Origin: Alphaproteobacteria bacterium
Lineage (GTDB): Bacteria > Pseudomonadota > Alphaproteobacteria > GCA-2746255
Assembly: GCA_965249135.1 (NCBI GenBank)
Contig: OZ252220.1
Coordinates: 1,600,001 to 1,664,000, forward strand
Length of the DNA: 64,000 nucleotides
Reading direction: 5' to 3'
In this document: piece after piece, positions 21,389 through 32,994 of the stretch
How the letters are laid out: every line of letters begins with the position of its first letter
Position numbering within the stretch: position 1 is the first letter of the stretch
The notes under the pieces: model-generated
Seen by the model: only the letters and a program-made list of their open reading frames with translations
What the model was told of the DNA's origin: nothing
Database searches by the model: none
Position numbers and translations under genes: made by a program

Positions 21389-21988
21389 ATGGCCGATCAT
21401 GACCACACGGCACCACTTCCGGACGTCGTCCTTCGCGTAAAAGCGCTCGAATCCCTTCTCGTCGATAGGGGGCTCGTCGACCCGGCGGCGCTCGATACGT
21501 TGATCGACCTTTACGAGAACCAGATCGGACCGAAGAACGGGGCGCGCATCGTCGCCCGCGCCTGGGTGGATCCAAAATTCAAGACGTGGCTGCTCAAGGA
21601 TGCAACGCCCGCCGTCGCCTCGTTCGGCTTTGCAAGCGACAAGGGCAAGACGCTGGTCGCCATCGAGAACACACGCAAGGTGCACAACCTCGTCGTGTGC
21701 ACGCTTTGCTCCTGCTATCCCTGGGCGACACTCGGGCTGCCGCCGGTCTGGTACAAGTCCGCCCCTTATCGCGCGCGCGCCGCGAAGGACCCACGCGGCG
21801 TGCTGCGTGAGTTCGGGACGATACTCGATGACGACGTCGAGATCCGGGTATGGGACAGCAACGCGGAGGTTCGCTACTTCGTGCTGCCCGAACGGCCGGA
21901 AGGCACGGAAGGGATGTCGGAGGAGGCGTTGGCGGAGCTGGTGACACGGGATTCGATGATCGGGGTCACGAAGGCGGGCGCACGATAA
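21389..21988 (+). CDS. nthA: nitrile hydratase alpha subunit, cobalt type
   Basis: VCTLCSCYP metal-binding motif (Thr/Tyr indicate Co type). Confidence 0.96.
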   Translation: MADHDHTAPLPDVVLRVKALESLLVDRGLVDPAALDTLIDLYENQIGPKNGARIVARAWVDPKFKTWLLKDATPAVASFGFASDKGKTLVAIENTRKVHNLVVCTLCSCYPWATLGLPPVWYKSAPYRARAAKDPRGVLREFGTILDDDVEIRVWDSNAEVRYFVLPERPEGTEGMSEEALAELVTRDSMIGVTKAGAR

Positions 21989-22004
21989 GGAGAATGAGAG
22001 AAGG

Positions 22005-22670
22005 ATGAGTGGCGTTCACGAATTGGCCGGGCGTTCGGGCTTCGGTCCCATCGAAAGGGAAGCGAACGAGCCCGTCTTCCATGAGGAATGGGAACGGCGC
22101 GTCTTTGCGCTGATGATGGCGACGTTCGCCGCCGGCGAATACAATTTGGATGCGTTTCGCCATGCGATCGAGCGGATGGGGCGTGAGGAATACCTCAAAG
22201 CGAGTTACTACGAACACTGGCTCTTCGCCGTCGAACGTCTGCTCGTCGAAAAAGGCTGCATCTCGGAAGCGGAGCTTCAGGGCCACACGCGCAAAAATCG
22301 AAAAGAGGAAAAGCGAAGGCCGATCTTGAAGGCCGAAGACGTCGAGCGAGTCGTGAAGCTGAGTGGCTCAGGCCGGATCGAGAAAGACGTGCCTCCCAAA
22401 TTCAAGCCCGGGGATCGGATCGTTGCCTGCGAATTTATACCGAAAGGGCATACGCGCCTTCCCCATTACGTGCAGGGCAAGCGGGGCGTGGTGGAGCGCG
22501 ACCACGGGGTTTACGTCTTTCCGGACACGAATGCGCATGGTGGGCCAGAAAGCCCGCAGCACGTCTATAACGTGCGCTTCGACTTCAAGGAAATCTGGGG
22601 GGAGGATGCGCAAACAAATGCCGCTCTTCACATCGATCTCTGGGACGACTACATGGAACTTGCCGAATGA
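22005..22670 (+). CDS. nthB: nitrile hydratase beta subunit
   Basis: MSGVHELAG, WERR, RHAIER, YYEHW, HTRLP.Y. Confidence 0.95.
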   Translation: MSGVHELAGRSGFGPIEREANEPVFHEEWERRVFALMMATFAAGEYNLDAFRHAIERMGREEYLKASYYEHWLFAVERLLVEKGCISEAELQGHTRKNRKEEKRRPILKAEDVERVVKLSGSGRIEKDVPPKFKPGDRIVACEFIPKGHTRLPHYVQGKRGVVERDHGVYVFPDTNAHGGPESPQHVYNVRFDFKEIWGEDAQTNAALHIDLWDDYMELAE

Positions 22671-23029
22671 CCCGTCTCAATGAACTCGCCCATCTGCCCC
22701 AAGACGCCGGAGGCCCGACCTTCAAGGAACCCTGGGAGGCGCAGGCCTTCGCGATCGTCATCAAGCTCTTCGAGGAAGGCCACTTCACCTGGAAGGAATG
22801 GGCGGACACCTTGGCCCAAGAGATCAAGGCGGCCCAAGAAGAAGGTGATCCCGATCTCGGCGATACCTACTACCGCCATTGGCTGGCAGCCCTTGAACGG
22901 ATCGTACTTGAGAAAGGACTTGCGAGCGCGACCGAGCTTGCCTCGCGAAAGGAAGCCTGGGCCGAGGCCGTCGATCGAACGCCCTTCGGCGAGCCGATCG
23001 CGTTGAAGAACGAGAAGGAGCGTCCATGA
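22667..23029 (+). CDS. nitrile hydratase accessory/activator protein (P14K-like)
   Basis: PWEAQAFA, YYRHWLAALE, TPFGEPI; overlaps the nthB stop. Confidence 0.9.
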   Translation: MTRLNELAHLPQDAGGPTFKEPWEAQAFAIVIKLFEEGHFTWKEWADTLAQEIKAAQEEGDPDLGDTYYRHWLAALERIVLEKGLASATELASRKEAWAEAVDRTPFGEPIALKNEKERP

Positions 23030-23223
23030 GCCGGCTTCTTTCCGCGCCACGGGAATCGCCGCCGGAAGCCCTTGGGACTTTCGAGATCGAGGCCCTTCGG
23101 GCGGCGGTGATCGCCGCCCTTTTCGGCGCCTTCCTCCTGTTCGGGGTGGGGTTCGCCCATTCGGACCGCTTGCACGCCGAGGCGCACGACACGCGCCACG
23201 CCTTCACCTTCCCCTGTCACTAA
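23026..23223 (+). CDS. cbtB: cobalt transporter subunit CbtB
   Basis: One TM helix plus H...AHDTRHAFTFPCH C-terminus. Confidence 0.88.
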   Translation: MSRLLSAPRESPPEALGTFEIEALRAAVIAALFGAFLLFGVGFAHSDRLHAEAHDTRHAFTFPCH

Positions 23224-23233
23224 ATCACCCGCC

Positions 23234-23872
23234 ATGCTTGTCCGCGTGATTACGGCCGCCATGCTTGCCGGCCTCATCGCGGGCACGCTCGTCTCCGTGC
23301 TCCAGTTCCGATTCGTCCAGCCGCTCATCCTCGAGGCCGAGACCCACGAGCATGCCGCCCACGATCCTAACGGCGAAGAGAAAGCAAATCCCCGGCAACG
23401 AACGGTGCTCACCGTGATCGCCAACCTTCTCGCCGGCGTTGCCTTCGCCCTTCTTTTGAACGCGGCGCTGGTGCTTGCGAAGGATAAGGGATGGCGGGCG
23501 GGTGCCTTCTGGGGTCTTGGAGGGTACGTGGCGTTCGCGCTTGCGCCTTCGATCGGGCTGCCGCCCGAACTGCCGGGTGCGGTCGTGACAAATCTTTTCG
23601 CGCGTCAGCTTTGGTGGATCGGCACGGCGGTGGCGACAATGGCCGGCCTCGTCCTCATCTTACGGATTCGGAAATTGGCTTTCGCGTTCGCCGGCATCCT
23701 TCTTCTTGGGCTTCCCCATCTGATCGGCGCACCGGTCTCGCATGGGCCGGGGGTTGCGCCGGAGGCGTTGATAGGTGCATTCACGCTCGCGAGCCTGCTC
23801 ACGAATCTCGCGTTCTGGGTGGTGCTTGGGCTCTCAAGCGGGCTCCTTCAGGCGCGGCTCGTCCGAAGATAA
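23234..23872 (+). CDS. cbtA: cobalt transporter subunit CbtA
   Basis: PLILEAE, LAPSIGLPPELPG, RQLWW, PHLIGAP. Confidence 0.9.
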   Translation: MLVRVITAAMLAGLIAGTLVSVLQFRFVQPLILEAETHEHAAHDPNGEEKANPRQRTVLTVIANLLAGVAFALLLNAALVLAKDKGWRAGAFWGLGGYVAFALAPSIGLPPELPGAVVTNLFARQLWWIGTAVATMAGLVLILRIRKLAFAFAGILLLGLPHLIGAPVSHGPGVAPEALIGAFTLASLLTNLAFWVVLGLSSGLLQARLVRR

Positions 23873-23879
23873 GAGGGAC

Positions 23880-24800
23880 TCAACTTACCGGAAGCGGAAT
23901 GAATTCTTCCTCATCGCCAGGGACGGCATCGAAGCGTCCTTCCTTCCAGTCTTCCTTCGCCTGCTCGATGCGGGCCTCAGAGCTCGAGACGAAATTCCAC
24001 CAGATGAAGCGAGGGCCGTCCATCGGCTCCCCGCCGATGAGCAGGAATCGACTTGACGTGGTTGCCTGGATGGAGACCGCATCGTGGGGGCGCAACACGA
24101 GCAGGCGGTCCCCTGCGAAGGCCTCCCCGCCAATCTCGATCTCGCCCGAAGCGACATAGATCCCACGCTCCTCATGTTCGGCTGGGAAAGATAGGATCGC
24201 ATCGGCCTCGAGGGTCACGTCCGCATAAAGCGTTTCGGAGAAGGTCGCGACCGGCGAGGTCTTTCCGTAAAGCGCGCCCGCGAGAAGGCGCAGCCTTAGA
24301 CCTGCGTCCTCGATCAGGGGAAGCGTCGCCCTTGGATGATGAAAGAAGCCGGGGTCCATCTCCTCCAGAGCTTTGGGGGGGGCGACCCAGGTCTGAATGC
24401 CGGAAAGTGGTGCCGTCTTTGCCCGGGCGTCCGGTGTCGAACGTTCGGAGTGAACGATCCCCCGGCCGGCCGTCATCCAGTTGATGTCACCGGGATGGAT
24501 CACCTGGGCCGAGCCTAAGCTGTCGCGGTGCTGAATCTCGCCTTCGAAGAGGTAGGTGACGGTGGCAAGGCCGATATGTGGATGGGGGCGGACGTCGATG
24601 CCCTGGCCGGGCCCGAGTTCGGCCGGGCCGGCCTGGTCGAGGAAGATGAAGGGGCCGACCGTTCGACGTTTCGCCGACGGCAGCACGCGTCGAACCTCGA
24701 ACCCGCCCAAGTCGCGAGGGCGACCTTGGATCACCTTCTCGAGCCAGTCACAACCTTGCACCTCGCCCGCACTTGGCTCGGCCGAGGGCTGCCAGCTCAC
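23880..24800 (-). CDS. pirin family protein
   Basis: GPFIFLD, HPHIGLATVTY, WMTAGRGIVHSE, WWNFVSS; GTG start overlaps the upstream TGA. Confidence 0.93.
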   Translation of the reverse strand: MSWQPSAEPSAGEVQGCDWLEKVIQGRPRDLGGFEVRRVLPSAKRRTVGPFIFLDQAGPAELGPGQGIDVRPHPHIGLATVTYLFEGEIQHRDSLGSAQVIHPGDINWMTAGRGIVHSERSTPDARAKTAPLSGIQTWVAPPKALEEMDPGFFHHPRATLPLIEDAGLRLRLLAGALYGKTSPVATFSETLYADVTLEADAILSFPAEHEERGIYVASGEIEIGGEAFAGDRLLVLRPHDAVSIQATTSSRFLLIGGEPMDGPRFIWWNFVSSSEARIEQAKEDWKEGRFDAVPGDEEEFIPLPVS

Positions 24801-25102
24801 GAGGTGACTTCCTCTTCCAGATGCGCGATCTCGCCTTCCGAGAAAAGGTAGGCCTTGAATTCCTTCTCGAAATGGGGGCTCGCACGCCTGAGCCACTCGA
24901 GCGCCATCGTCGCGTGCTCGATTTCTTCGCGCATGTTGTGGAGCAGGATGGCCTTGAGCGCCGGATCGTCGCAGTCGTCGGCTCGCTGACGGTACCAGTC
25001 GACGGCCTCCAATTCCTCGATGACGGATTGGATCGCCTGGTGAAGGGCGATCGTCTCTTTCGTTAACCGCTCGCGCGGGGCGTGCAGGGCTTCGCTGGAC
25101 AT
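24797..25102 (-). CDS. encapsulin-associated ferritin-like protein (EncFtn) lacking a targeting tail
   Basis: EELEAVDWYRQR, HNMREEIEH, LEWLRR, YLF; GGAGG SD. Confidence 0.88.
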   Translation of the reverse strand: MSSEALHAPRERLTKETIALHQAIQSVIEELEAVDWYRQRADDCDDPALKAILLHNMREEIEHATMALEWLRRASPHFEKEFKAYLFSEGEIAHLEEEVTS

Positions 25103-25119
25103 GTTTCCTCCTTAATCTT

Positions 25120-25209
25120 TGGCGGAGGGGGTGGGATTCGAACCCACGGTACCCGCAAAGGCACAACGGTTTTCGAGACCGCCCCGTTCGACCACTCCGG
25201 CACCCCTCC
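25120..25209 (-). tRNA. tRNA-Ser(CGA)
   Basis: GGAGGGG acceptor, GCGGT-CTCGAAA-ACCGT anticodon arm, long variable arm, GGTTCGAATCC, GCCA end. Confidence 0.96.
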
Positions 25210-25270
25210 GGGGCCTGAGCCTAGCCATGCCCGGGCGGCCCCGCAAGCAGGCCAAAACCCCCTCAAACGA

Positions 25271-25298
25271 TTGACAATTCGCGGCTTCGCAGTATATT
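25271..25298 (+). promoter_or_regulatory. sigma70 promoter of rplU-rpmA
   Basis: TTGACA-N16-TATATT. Confidence 0.55.
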
Positions 25299-25357
25299 TC
25301 CCGCGGCCTCCGGCCCTTCCCTTTAAGGCATAAGTCCAGGCAGAGAGTAGGTTTCCC

Positions 25358-25960
25358 ATGTACGCGGTCATGCGGTCCGGTGGAAAGCAGTATCGGGTCT
25401 CGACGGACGACGTGATCACCGTCGAGCGCCTGCCCGGCAATCCGGGGTCCCTGGTCGAATTCGAGGAAATCCTTATGATTGGGGATGGCAAGGCGGCGAC
25501 GCTGGGGGCGCCGCTTCTCGAAGGCGCGGTGGTGACGGCGACGATCCTCGAGCAGACGCGCGCCGACAAGGTCCTCGTCTTCAAGAAGAAGCGCCGCCAG
25601 GGCTATCGCCGGTTGCACGGGCATCGCCAGGCAGGAACGGTGCTTCGGATCGACGAGGTGTTGCTGCCGGGGGCCGAGCGAAAGCTCCGGAAGGCAAAAC
25701 CGGCTCAAAAGCCGGTCGAGGCGGCACCGGAGAAGAAGGTAGAAGTCAAGCCGGCGGCGAAGAAGAAGGTAGAGGCAAAACAGCCGGAAGCTGCGCCGCA
25801 ACCAGCCGCCAAGAAGCAGGCGGCGCCAAAGAAACCTACGCCTAAGAAGAAACCGGCGGCGAAGAAGCCGGTGCCTAAGAAGAAGCCTGCGGCGAAGAAG
25901 AAGACGACGACGAAAAAGCCTGCGCCTAAGAAGAAGGCGGCGGCGAAGAAGAAGAAGTAA
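25358..25960 (+). CDS. rplU: 50S ribosomal protein L21 with a long K/A/P-rich C-terminal extension
   Basis: [20 protein letters not shown]...GHRQ. Confidence 0.95.
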   Translation: MYAVMRSGGKQYRVSTDDVITVERLPGNPGSLVEFEEILMIGDGKAATLGAPLLEGAVVTATILEQTRADKVLVFKKKRRQGYRRLHGHRQAGTVLRIDEVLLPGAERKLRKAKPAQKPVEAAPEKKVEVKPAAKKKVEAKQPEAAPQPAAKKQAAPKKPTPKKKPAAKKPVPKKKPAAKKKTTTKKPAPKKKAAAKKKK

Positions 25961-25971
25961 GGAAGCAAGAC

Positions 25972-26226
25972 ATGGCCCATAAGAAGGCAGGTGGCAGTTC
26001 CCGCAACGGCCGCGATTCGGCGGGACGGCGTCTTGGCCTCAAGAAGTCCGGCGGCCAGATTGTTCTTGCCGGCAACATTCTGGTTCGCCAGCGCGGCACG
26101 AAGTTTCACCCCGGCGAGAATGTCGGCATGGGCAAGGACCACACGATCTTCGCTACCCGCGAGGGTCGCGTGCGCTTTCACGGCAACGGCAGCCGCACCT
26201 ACGTTTCCGTGGAGCCGGTTGGCTAA
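25972..26226 (+). CDS. rpmA: 50S ribosomal protein L27
   Basis: [16 protein letters not shown]. Confidence 0.98.
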   Translation: MAHKKAGGSSRNGRDSAGRRLGLKKSGGQIVLAGNILVRQRGTKFHPGENVGMGKDHTIFATREGRVRFHGNGSRTYVSVEPVG

Positions 26227-26252
26227 CCACGCCCCGCGGGATGCGCACGACC

Positions 26253-26282
26253 GGGGGGAATGGGTTACCATTCCCCTTTTTT
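26253..26282 (+). terminator. Rho-independent terminator after rpmA
   Basis: GGGGAATGG-GTTA-CCATTCCCC followed by T6. Confidence 0.8.
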
Positions 26283-26304
26283 AATGCTGGCGTCCCGCAC
26301 TTGA

Positions 26305-28490
<2,186 letters not shown>

Positions 28491-28509
28491 AGCGAGAGGG
28501 GAAAGCGCT

Positions 28510-29796
28510 TTGAGCGTGGCAAAATCCAAGATGAATGATGCGTTACGGCTTCAGATGCAGAAGCTCGGCGCCGATGCACGCGCAGCCGCCGATGTACTCG
28601 CGCAAGCCTCGACGAAGGCAAAGAACACGGTGCTTCTTGCCGCCGCCGCCGCCCTTCGCGCGGACAAGGCGGCAATCCTGGATGCAAACGCAAAAGACGT
28701 TGCCGAGACGAAAAATAGAGGGAACGCGACCCCTGCCTTCCTCGATCGGCTGACGCTCGACGAGGCGCGCATCGAGGCGATGGCGGATGGCCTCGAGACG
28801 GTGGCCGGCCTGCCGGATCCGGTCGGTCAAGTTCTGGCGGAATGGAAGCGCCCGAACGGGCTTCGCATTCGTCGCGTACGGGTGCCGCTTGGCGTCATCG
28901 GCGTGATTTTCGAAGCCCGCCCGAACGTGACGGCGGACGCCGCCGGACTTTGTCTGAAGGCGGGCAATCCGATCATCCTTCGCCCTGGATCCGAATCCTT
29001 TCACTCGGCCCTTGCCGTGCTTGAGCGACTGCGGCACGGATTAAAGCTTGCCGATCTTCCGGAGACGGCCGTGCAGCTTGTCCCAACCCGTGACCGGGCC
29101 GCCGTCGGCGAGATGCTCCAGATGACGGACAGCATCGACATCATCGTGCCGCGCGGCGGCAAGTCCTTGATTGAACGCGTGATTCGGGAAAGCCAGATCC
29201 AGGTCCTGCGTCACCTCGAGGGCGTTTGCCATGTCTATGTCGATCGGGCGGCCGATCTGGAGAAGGCGCAAAAAATTGCCGTGAATGCGAAGATGCGCCG
29301 TCCCGGTATCTGCGGTGCGATGGAAACGTTGCTGGTCGATGTGGCCGTCGCCGAGCGTTTTCTCCCAGCCGCACTTCAGGAATTGGCGAAGGCAGGCTGC
29401 GAGCTTCGCGGCGATGAGAAGACGCGTGCGATCTATCCGGATGCGAAGGCGGCGACGGAGGAGGACTGGGCGACGGAATATCTGGACGCGATTCTTTCGG
29501 TGCGCGTCGTCGACGGCCTCGATGCCACCATCGCGCATATCAATCGTTACGGATCCCAGCATACGGATTCGATCGTGACGGAGGACGAAGCGGCGGCAAA
29601 AAAATTCCTGGATCGCGTGGACAGCGCCATCGTCATGCAGAACGCCTCGACCCAGTTTGCCGATGGCGGCGAATTCGGAATGGGGGCGGAGATAGGGATT
29701 TCGACCGGCCGGCTGCACGCGCGCGGTCCGGTCGGCGTCGAGCAATTGACCACCTACAAGTATCACGTCCTTGGCGACGGGCAGGTGCGCCCCTGA
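28510..29796 (+). CDS. proA: gamma-glutamyl phosphate reductase
   Basis: [33 protein letters not shown]; start uncertain. Confidence 0.96.
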   Translation: MSVAKSKMNDALRLQMQKLGADARAAADVLAQASTKAKNTVLLAAAAALRADKAAILDANAKDVAETKNRGNATPAFLDRLTLDEARIEAMADGLETVAGLPDPVGQVLAEWKRPNGLRIRRVRVPLGVIGVIFEARPNVTADAAGLCLKAGNPIILRPGSESFHSALAVLERLRHGLKLADLPETAVQLVPTRDRAAVGEMLQMTDSIDIIVPRGGKSLIERVIRESQIQVLRHLEGVCHVYVDRAADLEKAQKIAVNAKMRRPGICGAMETLLVDVAVAERFLPAALQELAKAGCELRGDEKTRAIYPDAKAATEEDWATEYLDAILSVRVVDGLDATIAHINRYGSQHTDSIVTEDEAAAKKFLDRVDSAIVMQNASTQFADGGEFGMGAEIGISTGRLHARGPVGVEQLTTYKYHVLGDGQVRP

Positions 29797-30464
29797 AGAC
29801 GCGAAACGGAAACGCCGTTCTTCCTCCGACTGCGCGCCGTCCAAACCTGCGCATCGGCCTTCTTGGTGGCTCCTTCAATCCGGCCCATGACGGTCATCGT
29901 CACGTGAGTCTGCTGGCGCTTCGAAACTTGGGCCTGGATGAAATCTGGTGGCTTGTCTCGCCACAGAATCCATTGAAGCCCGAAAAAGGCATGGCGCCGT
30001 TGAGGGAGCGCCTGCGTCAAGCGGAAGGGGTTGCACGCCACCCGCGGATTCGCGTGACCGATCTGGAGTCAAGATTCGAGACCCGCTATACGATCGACAC
30101 GCTGCGTGCCATCCTCAGCACCTTTCCGAGATGCCACTTCGTCTGGCTGATGGGGGCGGATAACCTTGCGCAAATTTCGCTGTGGCGGGACTGGACGGCC
30201 ATTTTCATGACGGTGCCCATTGCGGTTTTCGACCGGCCTTCCTATGCTTTTTCCGCATCGACCGGCCTTGCATCGCAGCGCTATGGACGCTCCTGTCTTC
30301 CGGAACGCTTTGCGAAAAAATTGGTGGACATGAAGCCACCGGCATGGGTGTTTCTCAGGACGGCACTCAATCCGGTTTCGGCGACACGCATTCGTCGGCA
30401 GGGCGTGGGCCGAGGGATGCGCGGTCTTGTCCGTCGGCACGCGATCGGCTCTTTTTGGCGATGA
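29793..30464 (+). CDS. nadD: nicotinate-nucleotide adenylyltransferase, probable CTG start
   Basis: [16 protein letters not shown] lies upstream of the ORF-track start; WLMGAD, SATRIR. Confidence 0.9.
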   Translation: MKTRNGNAVLPPTARRPNLRIGLLGGSFNPAHDGHRHVSLLALRNLGLDEIWWLVSPQNPLKPEKGMAPLRERLRQAEGVARHPRIRVTDLESRFETRYTIDTLRAILSTFPRCHFVWLMGADNLAQISLWRDWTAIFMTVPIAVFDRPSYAFSASTGLASQRYGRSCLPERFAKKLVDMKPPAWVFLRTALNPVSATRIRRQGVGRGMRGLVRRHAIGSFWR

Positions 30465-30477
30465 GGGGAGTAACACG

Positions 30478-30864
30478 CTGAGCAAAAAGAAACGGCCCAC
30501 CTCGAAACGGCTTGGGGAGCTGATCCAGGCTTCTCTCGAGGACGACAAGGCGGAAGACCTCGTCGTCATCGATCTTAAAGGAAAATCCGACATTGCCGAC
30601 CGCATGTTGATTGCAAGCGGGCGATCCTCGCGCCAGGTCGTGGCCATGGCCCAACATGTCGTCGAGAAATTGAAGGCGCATGGTTTTACGAGCGTACCGG
30701 TCGAAGGAATCCAGCATGGGGATTGGGTTCTGATTGATGCAGGGGATGCGATCATTCACCTTTTCCGCCCCGAGGTGCGCACGTTTTACAACCTGGAAAA
30801 AATGTGGGGCATGCCGCTGCCGGATTCGAATCCTTCCGCCGATGCGGTCGGCCCTGGGCACTGA
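30478..30864 (+). CDS. rsfS: ribosome silencing factor, probable CTG start
   Basis: DDKAED, WVLID.GD...H.F..E.R.FYNLEKMW; GAGGGGAG SD 7 nt before CTG 30478. Confidence 0.92.
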   Translation: MSKKKRPTSKRLGELIQASLEDDKAEDLVVIDLKGKSDIADRMLIASGRSSRQVVAMAQHVVEKLKAHGFTSVPVEGIQHGDWVLIDAGDAIIHLFRPEVRTFYNLEKMWGMPLPDSNPSADAVGPGH

Positions 30865-30874
30865 CGGGCGTAAG

Positions 30875-31357
30875 GTGGCCTTCGCCATTCGGATCAATGC
30901 TGTCGGGCGTCTTCGCGAAGGACCGGAACGCGCGCTCTTCGAAGTCTATGCCAGGCGGCTTCAATGGCCGATTCGGGTGGAAGAAATCACGCTCAAACCA
31001 AACCTTCCGGCCGTCAGACAAAAGACCGAAGCGACACAAAAACTTCTGGCGCTTGTGCCGGAGGCCGCCGCCGTCATTGTGCTCGATGAAGGGGGAAGCA
31101 CGCTTTCGAGCGCGGATTTTGCGATGCGGATCGGCCGGTGGCGGGACGATGGCAGGGCCGGGCTCTGTTTCCTGATCGGCGGTGCCGAGGGGCTGGGGGA
31201 GGCCGCCCTAGAGAGGGCCGAGTTCGTGCTTTCCCTTGGGTCGATGACCTGGCCGCATCTTCTAGTTCGAGGCCTGCTCGCCGAACAGCTTTACCGGGCG
31301 CAACAAATCCTCAACGGACACCCCTACCACCGGGGCGGAGATGGGCCGAAAGGGTAA
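30875..31357 (+). CDS. rlmH: 23S rRNA m3Psi1915 methyltransferase
   Basis: IGGAEGL, TWPH, EQLYRA, HPYHR. Confidence 0.93.
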   Translation: MAFAIRINAVGRLREGPERALFEVYARRLQWPIRVEEITLKPNLPAVRQKTEATQKLLALVPEAAAVIVLDEGGSTLSSADFAMRIGRWRDDGRAGLCFLIGGAEGLGEAALERAEFVLSLGSMTWPHLLVRGLLAEQLYRAQQILNGHPYHRGGDGPKG

Positions 31358-31413
31358 GGATACGCCTTCTCCCAGGCTACCGCCGGCCCAAGATTTCCCC
31401 TATATAACCTCCC

Positions 31414-32994
31414 ATGACCGCAGCGAAGGAATGGCATCCCGTCGTGCTCTGCATCCTGGATGGATGGGGGTACCGCGAGGCGCGTGAGATGAATGCGATT
31501 GCGCAGGCCGACACGCCGAACTGGGACCGATTTATGGCGGAATGCCCGCACGCGCTGCTGGCGGCGTCGGAAGACAAGGTGGGACTTCCCATCGGGCAGA
31601 TGGGGAATTCCGAGGTCGGCCACATGAATCTGGGGGCCGGCCGCGTCGTGCTTCAGGATCTGCCCCGGATCGATTCGGCAATCGCCGACGGCACCCTTGC
31701 CAGGAATGCGATCCTCGGGGATTTCATCGCCAGGCTCAAGGAAAGCGGCGGCACCTGCCATCTGATGGGCCTCGTTTCGCCGGGGGGCGTGCATTCCCAT
31801 CAGGCCCACCTCGTCGCTCTCATCCGGCTGCTCGCGACCGCGGGGATCCCGGTCGCGCTCCATGCCTTTCTCGATGGCCGCGATACGCCGCCGCGGAGTG
31901 CGAAAGGGTACATTGAGGCCTTCCTCGCCGAGACGGATGGCACCCCGGGTCTTCGCATCGCATCGCTTATGGGACGCTACTACGCCATGGACCGCGACAA
32001 CCGCTGGGAGCGGACGGAAAAGGCTTACCGCGCCATCGCCGAAGGCGAGGGACAAAAAGTAGCGGACCCGGTTGTGGCAATCGACGCGAGCTATGGGAAA
32101 GGCGTGACGGACGAGTTCGTGGTGCCGGTCGTGCTCGAGGGCTATGCAGGCATGAGGAACGGCGATGGCGTTTTCATGGCGAACTTTCGTGCCGACCGGG
32201 TCCGCCAACTGCTTGCCGTCCTTCTCGATCCAAATTTCAAGGAATTCAGGCGCCACAAGAAAACGCGCTTCGCAGGCGCCACGGGCATGACGGAATATTC
32301 GAAGGATCTTACTCCCTTTCATACCGCCCTTTTCTCCAATATCGAACTCAAGGGAATTCTGGGTGAGATCGTGGCAAAGGCCGACAAGACGCAGCTTCGA
32401 ATCGCCGAGACGGAAAAATATGCCCACGTCACTTTCTTCTTGAATGGCGGCCGGGAATCCAAGTTCCTGGGCGAGGAGCGGATCCTTGTGCCGTCACCGA
32501 AGGTCGCCACCTATGACCTGAAACCGGAAATGTCCGCCTTTGAGGTAACGGATCGGCTGGTCGAGGCGATTTCAGACGGCCACTTCGACCTGATCGTCGT
32601 GAATTATGCGAACGGCGACATGGTCGGCCACACGGGCAACCTCGAGGCAGCGATAAAAGCGGTCAAGGCAATCGACACATGCCTTGGCTATCTTGCCGTT
32701 GCCGTGAAGCGTGCCGGGGGCACGCTGTTGATTACCGCCGATCATGGAAATGCCGAGCAGATGGAAGACAATCGCACCGGCGAGCCGCATACGGCGCATA
32801 CCCTCGATCTTGTTCCAGTCGTGCTGGTGAACGGGCCCCATGCCCGCCTTACGGACGGAGTTCTTGCAGACGTGGCTCCGACCATGCTTGAACTTCTTGA
32901 TCTTCCGCAACCTACGGAGATGACTGGCCATTCGCTCCTTGTTTCCGACCCACCCTCCGAGCGGGCGAAGCTTCGCAAGCGTGCAACGGCTTAG
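31414..32994 (+). CDS. gpmI: 2,3-BPG-independent phosphoglycerate mutase
   Basis: ILDGWG, MGNSEVGH, AETEKYAHVTFF, DMVGHTG, TADHGNAE. Confidence 0.97.
   Translation: MTAAKEWHPVVLCILDGWGYREAREMNAIAQADTPNWDRFMAECPHALLAASEDKVGLPIGQMGNSEVGHMNLGAGRVVLQDLPRIDSAIADGTLARNAILGDFIARLKESGGTCHLMGLVSPGGVHSHQAHLVALIRLLATAGIPVALHAFLDGRDTPPRSAKGYIEAFLAETDGTPGLRIASLMGRYYAMDRDNRWERTEKAYRAIAEGEGQKVADPVVAIDASYGKGVTDEFVVPVVLEGYAGMRNGDGVFMANFRADRVRQLLAVLLDPNFKEFRRHKKTRFAGATGMTEYSKDLTPFHTALFSNIELKGILGEIVAKADKTQLRIAETEKYAHVTFFLNGGRESKFLGEERILVPSPKVATYDLKPEMSAFEVTDRLVEAISDGHFDLIVVNYANGDMVGHTGNLEAAIKAVKAIDTCLGYLAVAVKRAGGTLLITADHGNAEQMEDNRTGEPHTAHTLDLVPVVLVNGPHARLTDGVLADVAPTMLELLDLPQPTEMTGHSLLVSDPPSERAKLRKRATA

Noticed and set aside
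23880-25166. 428-aa extended pirin ORF from the track
   Set aside because: The extension runs through tRNA-Ser and encFtn; the likely start is GTG 24800.
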